DNA of 64,000 bases from Octopus bimaculoides (Eukaryota): the NCBI RefSeq assembly GCF_001194135.2, contig NC_068994.1:22469641-22533640 (forward strand). The letters run 5' to 3'. A program made the translations under genes and the position numbers. The stretch's first letter is position 1. Each line of letters starts with the position of its first letter. This document shows, piece by piece, positions 1-12,693 of this stretch. The notes under the pieces are model-generated. The model made no database searches. It was given only the letters and a program-made list of their open reading frames with translations, and was not told the origin of the DNA.

Positions 1-1
1 G

Positions 2-409
2 GTGGCTCCTAGACCAGATCATAATCATGCATGGGTGAGGGGATTCCCTGTGTCACCTACATCATGGACAACTACCAGCTGGGTAACTTCAAGCAATGTT
101 CCTTCATGTACAGCTGGACACAATATATCCCCATGTACAGGTGGACACAATATATCTCCATGTACAGGTGGACACAATATGTCCACATGTACAGCTGGAC
201 ACAATATATCCACATGTACAGCTGGACACAATATATCCACATGTACAGGTGGACATACAATGTCACCATGTTCTGGAGGACATGATATATCCCCATGTAT
301 TAGTGGACACAACATGTCCCCATGTACAGGTGGACATGACATGTCCTCATGTACAGCTGGACACAACATATCCTCATGTACAAGTGGACACAGCAAGCAA
401 TCAGATTAG
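2..409 (+). CDS. 3' end of a possible coding exon: 11 x 9-aa Cys/His repeat (C-T-G/A-G-H-N/D-I/M-S-P/T/S), stop TAG at 407-409
   Basis: Frame open from the window edge with no indels across 11 units. TGT (Cys) and GGA (Gly) are invariant. Much unit-to-unit variation is synonymous in this frame (CAC/CAT, AAT/AAC, TCC/TCT/TCA). A phase-0 donor TGG|GTGAGG at 34/35 is an alternative exon end. Confidence 0.5.
   Translation: MAPRPDHNHAWVRGFPVSPTSWTTTSWVTSSNVPSCTAGHNISPCTGGHNISPCTGGHNMSTCTAGHNISTCTAGHNISTCTGGHTMSPCSGGHDISPCISGHNMSPCTGGHDMSSCTAGHNISSCTSGHSKQSD
107..403. repeat. 27-bp tandem repeat, 11 units
   Basis: Unit tgtaca(g/a)(c/g)tggaca(c/t)aa(t/c)at(a/g)tc(c/t)(c/a/t)ca starts at 107 and the last unit starts at 377. 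Confidence 0.95.
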
Positions 410-1275
410 ATGTTTTATTCAGTCTCTGTTAAGTTTCTTAAATTTATTAGACATTAAAAGAAATTACATATATATATTGTTAATTAATACTATATTGCTA
501 TGATGTTTAGGTATTTTACCTCCACTTCATTTTCAATGCAGAAAGAAAGGTATTGTTATTTAATATTTTACAAAGGATACATTTTCCTTCTAATGAGAGT
601 TATGTAATTATCATAAAACATTTTAATATATTTTATTTTCCTTCAGATTGTATTATCTCGTAACCTTTTGTTTTATTCTACTTTTTTTTTTTACTTATGT
701 TTTATTTCAAACAATCAATTGCTAAAGCCGCTGCAATTATCATAGTGAGCAACAGAAATAGTAATGCTCCTTATTATTCTAAATGTTTAAAAAAAATTCT
801 ATTACTTTATTATTTGTGCTTTCAAATGTTCAATTTTCTGTTTAAAATGTGTGTTTTGCTGCATGAAAAGACAAACATTTCTCATAGTTTCTCTTACAAT
901 TTGGCAACTTTTTGTTTTTCAATTTTGTTGCTTTATCCAATGCTACATCACTCTATTAAACAGTTATTAATATGGCATTTTATACAAGACACACTTTTTA
1001 AACTTATTTTATCCAACTGCTACATCAACTTATTTTTTTATGATTCATATCTGTGTCAAATCATGATTGTATTCCACCCTTCAATTTTCATCACTTTCAT
1101 TTTCTTATAGTTGAAAGATAGCAAGACTAAAACATTCTACAAGTAATTATCCCATTACCTCCTGTAACCTTAGACATATGATGTTATAGTAGGCGTTTAT
1201 TTTATTTTGCTTTATTGATCCCCACCCCAATGATTTAATTATACGCTCCCTATCATATGTATATATGCATATATA

Positions 1276-2194
1276 TTAGGTTGTCAAGAAAGTTCTTGTG
1301 GTTTTTAACCTTTAAATTCAGATGCACATATCTTGGCTCAAACAAAACTTTATTAATCGAAATAAACACCATCAGAATCAACACATTTTTGCCAACGTGA
1401 AACAGGTTTATTTATGCCAATAGTGTAAAAATCCTGCATTCTGGTGGCGATGAAGTCGTTGAAGGCATGTTTGGCATCGTCTTGGCTTTTGAAGCATTTC
1501 TCACGCAGGAAGTTGTTGAGACACTTGAAAAAGTGGTAGTCGGTAGGCGAGAGGTCTGGTGAGTATGGAGGATGAGGTAGAGTTTCGTAGCTGCAGGGTC
1601 AGTTGTGCGACGTGCAGCTGAGCATTGTCGTGGAGAAGAATTGGTCCTTTTCTATTGACCAATGCTGGCTGTTGTTGTTGGAGTTTCTTATGCATTTCAT
1701 CTATTTGCTGACAGTACTTCTCTGCCATAATAATTTTGCCTGGATCCAAAAAGCAGTGATGGATGAGACCAGTGGCAGACCACCAAACAGTCACCATGAC
1801 CTTGTTTTGGTGCAACTTTGGCTTCGGGAAGTGCTGTGAAGCTCCGTTGGTATCCAGCCACTGAGCTAAGCATCACCAGTTGTTATAAAGAATCCACTTT
1901 TCATTGCAAGTCACAATCTGGTCGAGAAACGGGTCGTTCTTGTTGCATAAAAGAAAGGAAGACGACACTTCAAGACAGTGTTTTTTTGGTTGTCGTTCAA
2001 TTCGTGCGGCACCCATTTCTCAAGTATTTTTGTTTTTCCAATCTCTTTCAAGTGGTTGGAAATTGTCATGTATGTTACGTCTAATTCAGAAGCAAGCTCT
2101 CGAACAGTTGTGCGTGGATTGGCTTCCACTAAGGCTCTTAGTTGATCGTTGTCAACATCCGATAGCCAACCACTACGCTTATCATCTTCAAGAC
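1276..2194 (-). mobile_element. Mariner (Mos1/SETMAR-like) transposon, degenerate, truncated by an assembly gap
   Basis: TA-TTAGGTTG terminus at 1274. Minus-strand KVMVTVWWSATGLIH...LVNRKGPILLHDNA and EKWVPHEL motifs, broken by stops and frameshifts. Confidence 0.92.
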
Positions 2195-2931
2195 NNNNNN
2201 NNNNNNNNNNNNNNNNNNNNNNNNNNNNNNNNNNNNNNNNNNNNNNNNNNNNNNNNNNNNNNNNNNNNNNNNNNNNNNNNNNNNNNNNNNNNNNNNNNNN
2301 NNNNNNNNNNNNNNNNNNNNNNNNNNNNNNNNNNNNNNNNNNNNNNNNNNNNNNNNNNNNNNNNNNNNNNNNNNNNNNNNNNNNNNNNNNNNNNNNNNNN
2401 NNNNNNNNNNNNNNNNNNNNNNNNNNNNNNNNNNNNNNNNNNNNNNNNNNNNNNNNNNNNNNNNNNNNNNNNNNNNNNNNNNNNNNNNNNNNNNNNNNNN
2501 NNNNNNNNNNNNNNNNNNNNNNNNNNNNNNNNNNNNNNNNNNNNNNNNNNNNNNNNNNNNNNNNNNNNNNNNNNNNNNNNNNNNNNNNNNNNNNNNNNNN
2601 NNNNNNNNNNNNNNNNNNNNNNNNNNNNNNNNNNNNNNNNNNNNNNNNNNNNNNNNNNNNNNNNNNNNNNNNNNNNNNNNNNNNNNNNNNNNNNNNNNNN
2701 NNNNNNNNNNNNNNNNNNNNNNNNNNNNNNNNNNNNNNNNNNNNNNNNNNNNNNNNNNNNNNNNNNNNNNNNNNNNNNNNNNNNNNNNNNNNNNNNNNNN
2801 NNNNNNNNNNNNNNNNNNNNNNNNNNNNNNNNNNNNNNNNNNNNNNNNNNNNNNNNNNNNNNNNNNNNNNNNNNNNNNNNNNNNNNNNNNNNNNNNNNNN
2901 NNNNNNNNNNNNNNNNNNNNNNNNNNNNNNN
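2195..2931. other. Assembly gap (N)
   Basis: Run of N. Confidence 1.
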
Positions 2932-2967
2932 ATATACATACACACACATACACATACATACACATAG

Positions 2968-3270
2968 GGTGTGATGAGTAAATTGTTGGTATTTTATGTT
3001 GTTTTTAATTTCACGCATTGTTTGTTTCTGATTTTGTCAACTACATACTATAGTAGGGTCTGTTGGGCACCATCTGTGAGGGAAAACAGCACCATGACAC
3101 AATTCGCTCTGCCAGAAATTTGGAAACGACATACTGTACTGCTTGGCATTCATGCCAGAAGCTCCAATAAGAACATTGTAGAGAATTTGGGTGTCAGTCT
3201 GGGGACATGAACTGAGAGTGATAAAAATAAAGCATCCAGTCATTATGGTATTTGAACTGATCACTGATCA
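2968..3270 (+). mobile_element. Possible Tc1/maT-like transposase N-terminal remnant
   Basis: MTQFALPEIWKRHTVLLGIHARSSNKNIVENLGVSLGT resembles a helix-turn-helix N-terminus; no catalytic part is visible. Confidence 0.35.
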
Positions 3271-3441
3271 CTATTACCAACATATGTTTCTTCCACATTA
3301 TTCCTCTTCTTGGATTTATCTTAATGCATCTATTGAAACATGTTAGTAATGTGGTGTTATAAAGCACTTAAATAACATCTTGTGCGTTTGTCTCCATTTT
3401 CCATTATTTTTATATATTATATATTATATATATTATATATG

Positions 3442-3486
<45 letters not shown>

Positions 3487-3558
3487 TATTTTTTAAAATT
3501 CTTGTATTTGTTTTAGTCATTTGACTACAGCCATGCTGGAGCACCACCTTTTGTTGAG

Positions 3559-4348
3559 NNNNNNNNNNNNNNNNNNNNNNNNNNNNNNNNNNNNNNNNNN
3601 NNNNNNNNNNNNNNNNNNNNNNNNNNNNNNNNNNNNNNNNNNNNNNNNNNNNNNNNNNNNNNNNNNNNNNNNNNNNNNNNNNNNNNNNNNNNNNNNNNNN
3701 NNNNNNNNNNNNNNNNNNNNNNNNNNNNNNNNNNNNNNNNNNNNNNNNNNNNNNNNNNNNNNNNNNNNNNNNNNNNNNNNNNNNNNNNNNNNNNNNNNNN
3801 NNNNNNNNNNNNNNNNNNNNNNNNNNNNNNNNNNNNNNNNNNNNNNNNNNNNNNNNNNNNNNNNNNNNNNNNNNNNNNNNNNNNNNNNNNNNNNNNNNNN
3901 NNNNNNNNNNNNNNNNNNNNNNNNNNNNNNNNNNNNNNNNNNNNNNNNNNNNNNNNNNNNNNNNNNNNNNNNNNNNNNNNNNNNNNNNNNNNNNNNNNNN
4001 NNNNNNNNNNNNNNNNNNNNNNNNNNNNNNNNNNNNNNNNNNNNNNNNNNNNNNNNNNNNNNNNNNNNNNNNNNNNNNNNNNNNNNNNNNNNNNNNNNNN
4101 NNNNNNNNNNNNNNNNNNNNNNNNNNNNNNNNNNNNNNNNNNNNNNNNNNNNNNNNNNNNNNNNNNNNNNNNNNNNNNNNNNNNNNNNNNNNNNNNNNNN
4201 NNNNNNNNNNNNNNNNNNNNNNNNNNNNNNNNNNNNNNNNNNNNNNNNNNNNNNNNNNNNNNNNNNNNNNNNNNNNNNNNNNNNNNNNNNNNNNNNNNNN
4301 NNNNNNNNNNNNNNNNNNNNNNNNNNNNNNNNNNNNNNNNNNNNNNNN
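3559..4348. other. Assembly gap (N)
   Basis: Run of N. Confidence 1.
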
Positions 4349-4387
<39 letters not shown>

Positions 4388-4502
4388 CTCACTTAAGCAT
4401 TGTGATACTAATAATCTGGTGCTGAACTCAATAGTCGAGTACAGAGTGGTAATTAGAAAATAAAAATGATTAAGGAATAATGAATTATCGTTTGAGCTGT
4501 TA

Positions 4503-4973
4503 CTGCTATAAGATGTAGTGGACTCATAGTGGAGTGCCTGAACACATGGAGGCCTTAAATATGAAGTACAATTTATTTGGGAAAAACAGTTTGACCCATG
4601 CATACACTTAGAAGAGTATTACCAATGAGAAAATAATTATTTACAGAATGGAATCCAGGAGTTCCTCTCATAATAAGAATAAAATTAATGTTAAAGTGTG
4701 TATAATGATAGGTAATACTTCAATGTAGAGAAACAGTAATTTGATCTATCAGTAAAAGTATATGTATTCATATACATACACATATGAAAATATACCTATC
4801 CTTATACACACTTTAATATTAAACTTATTCTAATTATGGCTGGGGCTCCTGGATTTCATTTTCTCATTGGTAAGGCTTTTCTGTGTTTATGCATGAATGT
4901 AATTGTTTTTCCCGAATAAAATGTACTTCATTTTTGAGGCACTCAACTATGAGTCCACTACATCTTACAGCAG
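4503..4973. repeat. 37-bp inverted repeat pair (MITE-like)
   Basis: 4503-4539 ctgctataagatgtagtggactcatagtggagtgcct versus 4937-4973 aggcactcaactatgagtccactacatcttacagcag, 2 mismatches. Confidence 0.8.
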
Positions 4974-5040
4974 AAATATCTGTAAGCTAATGAAGTTCAT
5001 AAGATAATTGTTTATTCCTTTGTCATTCTCATTTTCTTAT

Positions 5041-5086
<46 letters not shown>

Positions 5087-5112
5087 TACTTGTGTGTATA
5101 TGTATGTATATA

Positions 5113-5900
5113 CAGGGTGTTTAGGCAGAATTTGACAGTTTGCATAAAAGGAAAAGAAAATATAAAATCCCATTCAAAAATAAAGTATTTCAAAAAATCA
5201 AAAAAATATCAACTAGATTATGGCTGGGAGATAACAGTTTATTCAAAGTAACCACCCTCAACTTCTACCACAGCCTCAAGTTGGCTCCAGAACCTGGCAC
5301 ATGTGTTCCTCATTGTGTCCCATGGGAATTTTCTTCACCCCAAATGCGAACATTATGCTTATTGACTTTGCCATTCATATGAAATATGGCCTCATCAATG
5401 AAAACAAGACATTCCTTGAACTCAGTTTCAAGTTTCTCTTGCATATCAACACAGAATTGTTTGCGCTTTCACTTGTCATCTGCTGTTATGACCTGAATGA
5501 ACTGCAGCTTGTAGGGTTTCATTCGCAAGCGTTTCCTCAGGACATGCCAGACTGTAGTTGGAAGAATCTGGGTTTCCAGACTTGTTCTTCTTATGGAATT
5601 CTTGGGGCTTTGCAAGAGTTTTTAGTGAACCTGCTCGACTGTCTCTTCCGATGTTAGTGGTCATCCAGATCCTTTTGCCCTGCACAGACAGCCTTCCTCT
5701 TTGAATTTTTTGTGCCATGTACAAATCTGCATTGCCGTTGGTGACTTTTTAGAGAACTCTCTCATGCATGCTGCACAGTCTTGTTCGACTGTGTTCGAGC
5801 ATACTCCAACACACAAAATGCCTTTTCTCTTCCAGTGAATGCCATTTCTATACCTGAAAAGATAAACATATCAAACATTAACCATAAAATATTGATTTGT
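5113..5900 (-). mobile_element. Tc1/mariner-superfamily element (DUF4817-HTH type transposase), degenerate
   Basis: TA-CAGGGTGT terminus at 5111. Minus strand reads MAFTGREKAFCVLEYARTQS...KKFKEEGCLC and VFIDEAIFHMNGKVNKHNVRIWGEEN. Confidence 0.85.
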
Positions 5901-5959
5901 TTCTACACATGCTGTTAAAATTTAAAGTCATTTGAACAAGAACTGGCAAAGTTATTAGA

Positions 5960-6319
5960 NNNNNNNNNNNNNNNNNNNNNNNNNNNNNNNNNNNNNNNNN
6001 NNNNNNNNNNNNNNNNNNNNNNNNNNNNNNNNNNNNNNNNNNNNNNNNNNNNNNNNNNNNNNNNNNNNNNNNNNNNNNNNNNNNNNNNNNNNNNNNNNNN
6101 NNNNNNNNNNNNNNNNNNNNNNNNNNNNNNNNNNNNNNNNNNNNNNNNNNNNNNNNNNNNNNNNNNNNNNNNNNNNNNNNNNNNNNNNNNNNNNNNNNNN
6201 NNNNNNNNNNNNNNNNNNNNNNNNNNNNNNNNNNNNNNNNNNNNNNNNNNNNNNNNNNNNNNNNNNNNNNNNNNNNNNNNNNNNNNNNNNNNNNNNNNNN
6301 NNNNNNNNNNNNNNNNNNN
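5960..6319. other. Assembly gap (N)
   Basis: Run of N. Confidence 1.
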
Positions 6320-6363
<44 letters not shown>

Positions 6364-6454
6364 GTATGTGTGTGTGTATATATATATATGTATTTATGTA
6401 TGTGTATATGCTTGTGTGTGTGTGTGTATGCATATGCATGTATGTATGTGTGTA

Positions 6455-7709
6455 TTAGGTTATTAAAAATGAAATGTCTGATTTCAAATTGAAATTTTAT
6501 TTTATTTTATCTCAAACAAGAAGCAGTGCAATTAATCAAAGTATGTGCCTAAACTATCAACACAGTTTTGCCATCTTAATGGTAACTTCTTTATGCTGGC
6601 AGTGAAGAAGCCTGGAGGTGAGAGGTGATGAAATGGTGAAAGGCTGTTTTCACAGCATCTTGAGAATTGAACGTTTTTCCTTGTAAGAAGTGGTCCAATT
6701 CCTGGAAGATGTGATAGTCAGTTGGTGCAAGATCTGGTGAATACGATGGGTGACAGAGAATTTCCAAATCCAACTCCTGTTTGAGTTGTGTTGTTTGTGT
6801 GACATGTCATCTTGTGTTGTCTTGCAAGAGGATTGGCCTGTCTCTATTGACCAATCTCGGTCATTTAATTGCAAGCTCCCTCATCATTTCATTTAATTGG
6901 TTGATGTATACATCCACTGTAATTGATTGACCAGGTCTCATAAAGCTGTAGTGGATGATGCATGCACTGGACCACCAAATTGACACCATTATCTTTTCTT
7001 GGTAAATATTCTGTTTTGGACTGTGTTTCAGTGCTTCATCTTTATCCAATCATCATGCCAAACACTTGCGATTGTTGAAAAGGATCCATTTTTCGTCACC
7101 TGTAACAATACAATGCAAAAATGGTTTGCCTTTATATGCCATGACAGCAAAGAACAGCAAGTTTTGAGACAATTTTTCATCTGATGCTCATTTAATTCTA
7201 TCCAGCTTCTTTACCTTATTGATTTGCTTTAGATGGTCCAATATTGTTGGAATAGTAATGTCAAATCTTGCTACTAATTTATGCACAGTTTGAGATGTAT
7301 CCACTTTTACTATAGTTTTCAGTACATCTTTATCCACCTCGGTTGCAGTTCTCCCATGTGGCTTATTTTCAGGATTAAATCACCAGTACAGAACTTCTCA
7401 AACCATCAACGCATTGTGTGTTCATTAGCCACATCCTCGCCAAACACCTCATTGATGTTTCAAGCTGTCTGCGATGCACTGGTTCCACAATAGAACTCAT
7501 ATACAAAAATAACATGAATTTTTGACATGTCCATGGATTCACAAAAATTGATCTGAAACAGACAATCAAACAAAAAATTGCATTAGAAACTGTGATGATG
7601 TACCTGCACAATAAAACAAAACCAAGAACTGTTAAGGTGAAATGTCAGAGATAGCAAATCTCAAACTTAGTGGTTAAGGAAATCAGACATTCCATACTTA
7701 ATGACCTAA
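6455..7709 (-). mobile_element. Full-length (1255 bp) mariner with TA target sites; transposase inactivated
   Basis: TIRs ttaggttattaaaaatgaaatgtctgatttc / gaaatcagacattccatacttaatgacctaa flanked by TA. Motifs KIMVSIWWSSACIIHY and HPSYSPDLAPTDYHIF, with many stops. Confidence 0.95.
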
Positions 7710-9879
7710 TATGTATTCATATATATGTACATATGTATATATATATATATATATATACATATATATGTATTTATGTGTGTATGAGTATATATATATATAT
7801 ATAAGTGTGTGTTTGTATGTATATACATCTTCTCTTTAGATTTCATTTTGCACCTCATTCAACCAGTTTTGAATTGGTAGAAATCTTACTGATATAGAAA
7901 AATGTTGAAAGTGAGAAAATAGCTTCTACAATGCAAGAAGTTTTTAAAATCTAGATTTTATCAAACTTTCTGCACTCTTCAATATCGCAATGCTTCAAGC
8001 AAACTACAACGCTCTTATATATTTTTCTTTTCCTTTCATTTTCTCTCTCTTTCTTGTGCTGTTCCCTCTAAATATTAGTTTTTACCCATGTATACACTCC
8101 TCACAGTACTGCATATACTTCATTTACATCCATCTCAACAGAATATTGTTTTCCACTCATTCATTCTCTCTTTTCATTAATCACTTTTAACCTTCTCCTA
8201 GTCTATTAGTCAATAGAAATTACACTCTGATTTTCTTTGTATTCTAGCTCTAGCATTGGTAATGATACCTACAGATTTCCACAGTTTAACAAATGTTTGA
8301 AGAGTCTATGATTCTCTGTTAAAGCTTGTTAATAGCATTCATATCATATTTTTAATTCAAATCCTGCTGAGGCTGTCTTTGTTTTTTATATCTTCAGCAT
8401 TGATAAATCAACTACCATAACATATTGGGTTTATTTCAATCAACTATACCCTTTCCCTACAAACATGGTCCTTGTACCTTGCCAAAATAAATCATTATAA
8501 ATTGAATTAACACTGGTGTTTGACCAAAGCATTACCACTATGGTTATTCTCAATTCTACGCTTTAAAAGTACCCTCTGTAAAATCCTGGTTTTCCATTTC
8601 ATGCAGATTTATTATAATTACATACAAGTTCTTATTTACCACTTAATCTTTCCCAAATAAAATAAAATTTCATTTATGCAATTAAATAAAATGAAACTTT
8701 ATAGACTTTAGAAAGGAAAAAAATGGAAAACCCTTTCTTTTCTTCAAGTAGGGATTGTTATCAAGCTTGAATAACTTATTTTTTTTATTAAATAAAGTTT
8801 GTGGTTCTCACTAATCCAGACAGTTTTCTCATTTTTGGTCTTTAATTACTCTAAGGAATGGTTTTACTCTTTATAATCAATAATGTGTCACTTTGCTTGT
8901 GATTAACAAAAGCTTTAAAGGTTTGAACCATGCTTTTTAAACCACTCTAATGCCAGGCCTTTCATATAACTTTCCTTATGTTTTAATTTCTTTTTAAGAA
9001 TTCAGAATATAATTACATTTCTTATGCAGTATTCTTTAATCTGCATCAGTTAAATAAGATAAAATACTGAAATGTGAAAAATCAAATTGAGAAAAATGAG
9101 TTAAATCCTGTAAGTACTAAATTACAAATTTTAAGTAATAATACACAGAAAAGAAAACAATTTACTTGGAAACGACACAATAGAACACATGTATTTGCTT
9201 ATATCTATTATTTCTTATTGACAGATAACCACATAAAACCTTTGTTGCTTGCTTTCTGTTTATATTGTTTAGAATTTGAAAAAAAAATCTAGTTTCAATA
9301 CATGGTATCTATATTAAATGTTTATCTAGCCAACTCATCCAGTGTAAAATAAATACAAAAACACTGTAACTTCATCCATTATATAAAACAACTTTTCTAT
9401 TCATTGAATGGGAAGCAGTGAGATTTATGTGCACTACCTCATTATATGATGCCAATATGCTATCATTATGTAATAAATTTGAGATATTGTGTAGTTTTGT
9501 TATAATAAATGATATTGAACCTCTAATTAGTTGTTGACTTCTTAGGTAAGAATATTTTTGTTGATCCTTGATTTTGCACATACTTTATGTTTTCTTATTT
9601 TCCATTTTCTAATAACTGCGTGGTAGTTACTGCTACATTCTGCAGGAATAATTTTTACACTGGCTGTTTTCTTTGCTCTACTAGATAAAATTAAAGATTG
9701 ATTATTTCATTAATGAAAAAGAAATTTAAGCTCACAAACAGAAAATATTAATACTAGAAACATTAATTCTGTAGTTGTGACTGAATATTGCTGGTTTCTA
9801 AACATTTGATGTTAAAAAAATATCCTTCTAGAAAACAAATGCTAATTAAAATATTTTGTCACGTTGATATGTGTGCTTG

Positions 9880-10415
9880 AGAAGACCCGGCAAGCCAAGT
9901 GAGATTGTAGCCATGGCTGATGCCAGTGTCACATAACTGGTCCATTTAAAAGTACCATTCAATCATCAGGCAATATGTTGTGCTTAAGAAGGCCTGTTGA
10001 GTCAAGTGAAAAACGTAGTCGTGGCTGATGTCAGTGTCACCTGACTGACACGTAAAAAACACTGTTCGAGCATAGCTGATGCCAGTGCCGCCTGACTAGC
10101 TCCCATGCCGGTTGCACATAAAAAGCACTATTTGAGTGTAGTCAATGCCAGTGCCACCTGACTAGCTCCCATGCTGGTGGCACGTAAAAGGCACCATTTG
10201 AGCGTGCTTGATACCAGTGCCACCTGACTGGCCTCCATGCCGGTAGCACATAAAAAGCACCCACTACACTCTCGGAGTGGTTGGAATTAGGAAGGGCATC
10301 CAGCTGTAGAAACCTTGCCAAATTGGAGCCTAGTGTAGCTTTCTGGCTTGCCAGTCCTCAGTCAAAACTGTCAAACTCATGCCAGCATAGAAAGTGGAAA
10401 TTAAACGATGATGAT
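9880..10415 (+). mobile_element. RTE LINE 3' UTR/tail with internal ~70-bp tandem subrepeats
   Basis: Ends in aaagcacccactacactctcggagtggttgg...aggaagggcatccagctgtagaaacc...gatgatgat, the same tail that follows the RT ORFs at 18100 and 47150. Confidence 0.85.
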
Positions 10416-10439
10416 GCACTTTGTATTTACTTAGTATTT

Positions 10440-10640
10440 TTGTCACGTTGCACTTAATTTGGGATTCAGTTCCACTCTGGCGTTTTAGGCAAGTGTCTTC
10501 TATGATAGCCCTGGGCTGACCAGAACCTTGTAAGTCAAGTTGGTAAACAGAAACTGATAGAAACCTATTGTATACATTTGTATGTGTATATGTGTTTGTG
10601 TCTCCTTGTCTTGACATCATGCAATGAGAATCATTGTTGT
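10440..10640 (+). mobile_element. SINE family A fragment (tRNA-derived)
   Basis: ggcaagtgtcttctat...gacc...ccttgt body shared with copies at 44030, 50750 and 62735. Confidence 0.7.
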
Positions 10641-10912
10641 ACAAGCAATGTTACTTATTCTCAGTCTTCTGTGAGAACATGTCCATTGACAGGAAAATAT
10701 TAATGCTTTGAAGAGTTGAGGATTGGTGACAGAAAGAACATCTGTCTCAATGATTCTCATTTAACCTATGCAAGCATGGAATGGTGGCCGTTAAAATGAT
10801 ATTTCTCTTTTTAGTGAAGTATTCCCTTATGTATTATTGATATATTTGCTGAAGTATATCAATGAATTGTTAATACCTGCAAACAAAGCAAAATGAACAT
10901 AAAATTACATTA

Positions 10913-10970
10913 ATGACAATGGTGCTTCTGGTGGCATTGGTGTTAGCTGTGTGGTTGCCAATTATTATAG
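10913..10970 (+). CDS. Candidate signal-peptide exon MTMVLLVALVLAVWLPIII-(G/A), phase-1 donor
   Basis: ATG, 17 mostly hydrophobic codons, then AG|GTTAAT. Same layout as the signal exon at 24212, but the donor is weaker. Confidence 0.4.
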
Positions 10971-11899
10971 GTTAATAATTTCATTATTAGGAACTCTTAA
11001 CTGTAATTTGTTCTTAGAATTTTACTGTGTTGAGAATGAATCATCAAATGAGAATTAATTAACTAAGATGCATTGCTAGTGTCTACATGCTGAGGGCATC
11101 CACAAATTTACTTGTAGCTATTCTTAAACTTCTATGATACATGTTTTCAGTGGTTCTTGGATATAAATACAACTGTTTAGTAATGCAGGAACTGAGTGCT
11201 TATAATGCTTCTTATTAACATAGCTGACAGTTACTCCATGAATGTGTGGTTAATATTAAGAAGGGTATCCATCATTATCATCATCATCATTTTAACATCT
11301 ACTTTTCCATGCTTGCACAGGTCAAACAAAATTTTGTTGAGACAGATTTTCTACAGCTGGATGCCCTACCTGCTGCTTACCCCTACCTGTTTCCACATAA
11401 GGTAATATTTCCCCCAAAACTAGGAAAAAAAGACACTGCTTGCATGATGGAAACATTCGTTTACAACTATCATGCAATGACAAAGCAAGGAGACATACAA
11501 ACACACACACATATACTACATATATACATACATATACACATACACATGGACATATATACACACAACAGGTTTCTTTCAGTTTCCCTCTACCAAATCCACT
11601 CACAAACCTTTGGTTGGCACTGGGCTATATAGAGAAGACTCTTATCCAACATTCCACATCGAATTTAGGGTTATGTAAGTAGGGAAGCAAACTATTTCCT
11701 TCCTTGATTACCTGAGTTACTGTGTACTCTCAGCACTTGTTCTCTTTGTCTACTTCTGGCTATGGTAAAGGCACTTATCCAAGTTACTATGCTGGAAGAT
11801 CAAACCCAGAACCTAACAGATGGGAAGCAAATGTGTTCACCTCTAGGCTATGCCTGCATTAACTGTGTGGCTAAGAAGTTAACCAATGAACATTGATTG

Positions 11900-12085
11900 C
11901 AAATTTTGGCACAAGGCCAGCAAGTTTGGAAAAGTGAGTAAGTCAATTACATCAACCCCAGTGTTCAACTGGTATGTACTTTTTCAACCCTGAAAGGATG
12001 AAAGATAAAGTTGACCTTGGTGGAATTTGAAATCAGAACATGAAGATGATCAAAATGCCACTAAGCATTTTGCCCGTTGTGCTAA
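11900..12085 (-). mobile_element. SINE family B (tRNA-derived), reverse
   Basis: Reverse complement of the ...gagttcaaattc...gactttgcctttcatcctt...ggggtcgat family seen at 32657. Confidence 0.8.
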
Positions 12086-12439
12086 CGAATATTATTAGCA
12101 AAGGACATAAACATTGGTAAGAAAACAAAGAAAACCAGTGTTTTTCAACAAAAGCACTGATTTTTGTTCAATTGAATAAGATAATGCCTTGTCACTGTTG
12201 CAGCTATAAATGCATCGAATCACTGATTAGTCAATCGTAAACCTGTAAACAGTGATGCTATTGTTTCCAAATAGCAATTTAAAATAAGTGAAAAGCTTTA
12301 ATGAAACTGTGTTAATATATAGTCAGTGTAAACATGAGATATTAAAGAAACATGGATGCAAGTATTTCTTGTAGGCTTATAGAATTAGCTAAAAGCTTGC
12401 ACTGCAATACTTGAAACCAACTAAAAAAATGGTTTAAGT

Positions 12440-12693
12440 CAATGGTTCCCAAAGTGGGTGGTATTGCCCCTCTGGGGACAGTGGAACGTTCCAGGGGTGG
12501 GGCAATAATGGGCAATTCATGTAAAAACAACAAAATAATGGGTTCATTAGGTTAAGTTTATTTATGAAATAGTTGCTTTGAATTTGCTTCAGAAAGAGGT
12601 CTGTGTTTGTAATGGTTAGTTAGAGTGGGGGGTGCTAGGAATGTGGTCAGGGTTTCAAGGGGCTGGCAGTCTGAAAATGTTTGGGAACCACTG
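12440..12693. mobile_element. hAT/Charlie-type MITE
   Basis: TIRs caatggttcccaaa / tttgggaaccactg; no clear TSD. Confidence 0.75.

Noticed and set aside
107-403. CRISPR-like reading of the regular repeats (also 10020-10260)
   Set aside because: No unique spacers, no cas genes, eukaryotic context
697-1110. 137-aa hydrophobic ORF
   Set aside because: T-rich UTR/intron-like sequence with Phe/Leu/Ile bias and no motif
1904-6439. Long ORFs in the track that contain X runs (also at 23596-24463 and 43376-43954)
   Set aside because: Artefacts of translating through N gaps
7860-8500. Possible ancient LINE remnant on the minus strand
   Set aside because: Too degenerate to support with any motif
9531-9545. 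15-nt phase 1-1 microexon candidate ttgttgacttcttag|GTAAGA
   Set aside because: Weak acceptor and no credible upstream signal exon to anchor it
10832-10878. Minus-strand acceptor ttttgctttgtttgcag followed by (G)INNSLIYFSKYINNT*
   Set aside because: Isolated acceptor with no partner exon or donor
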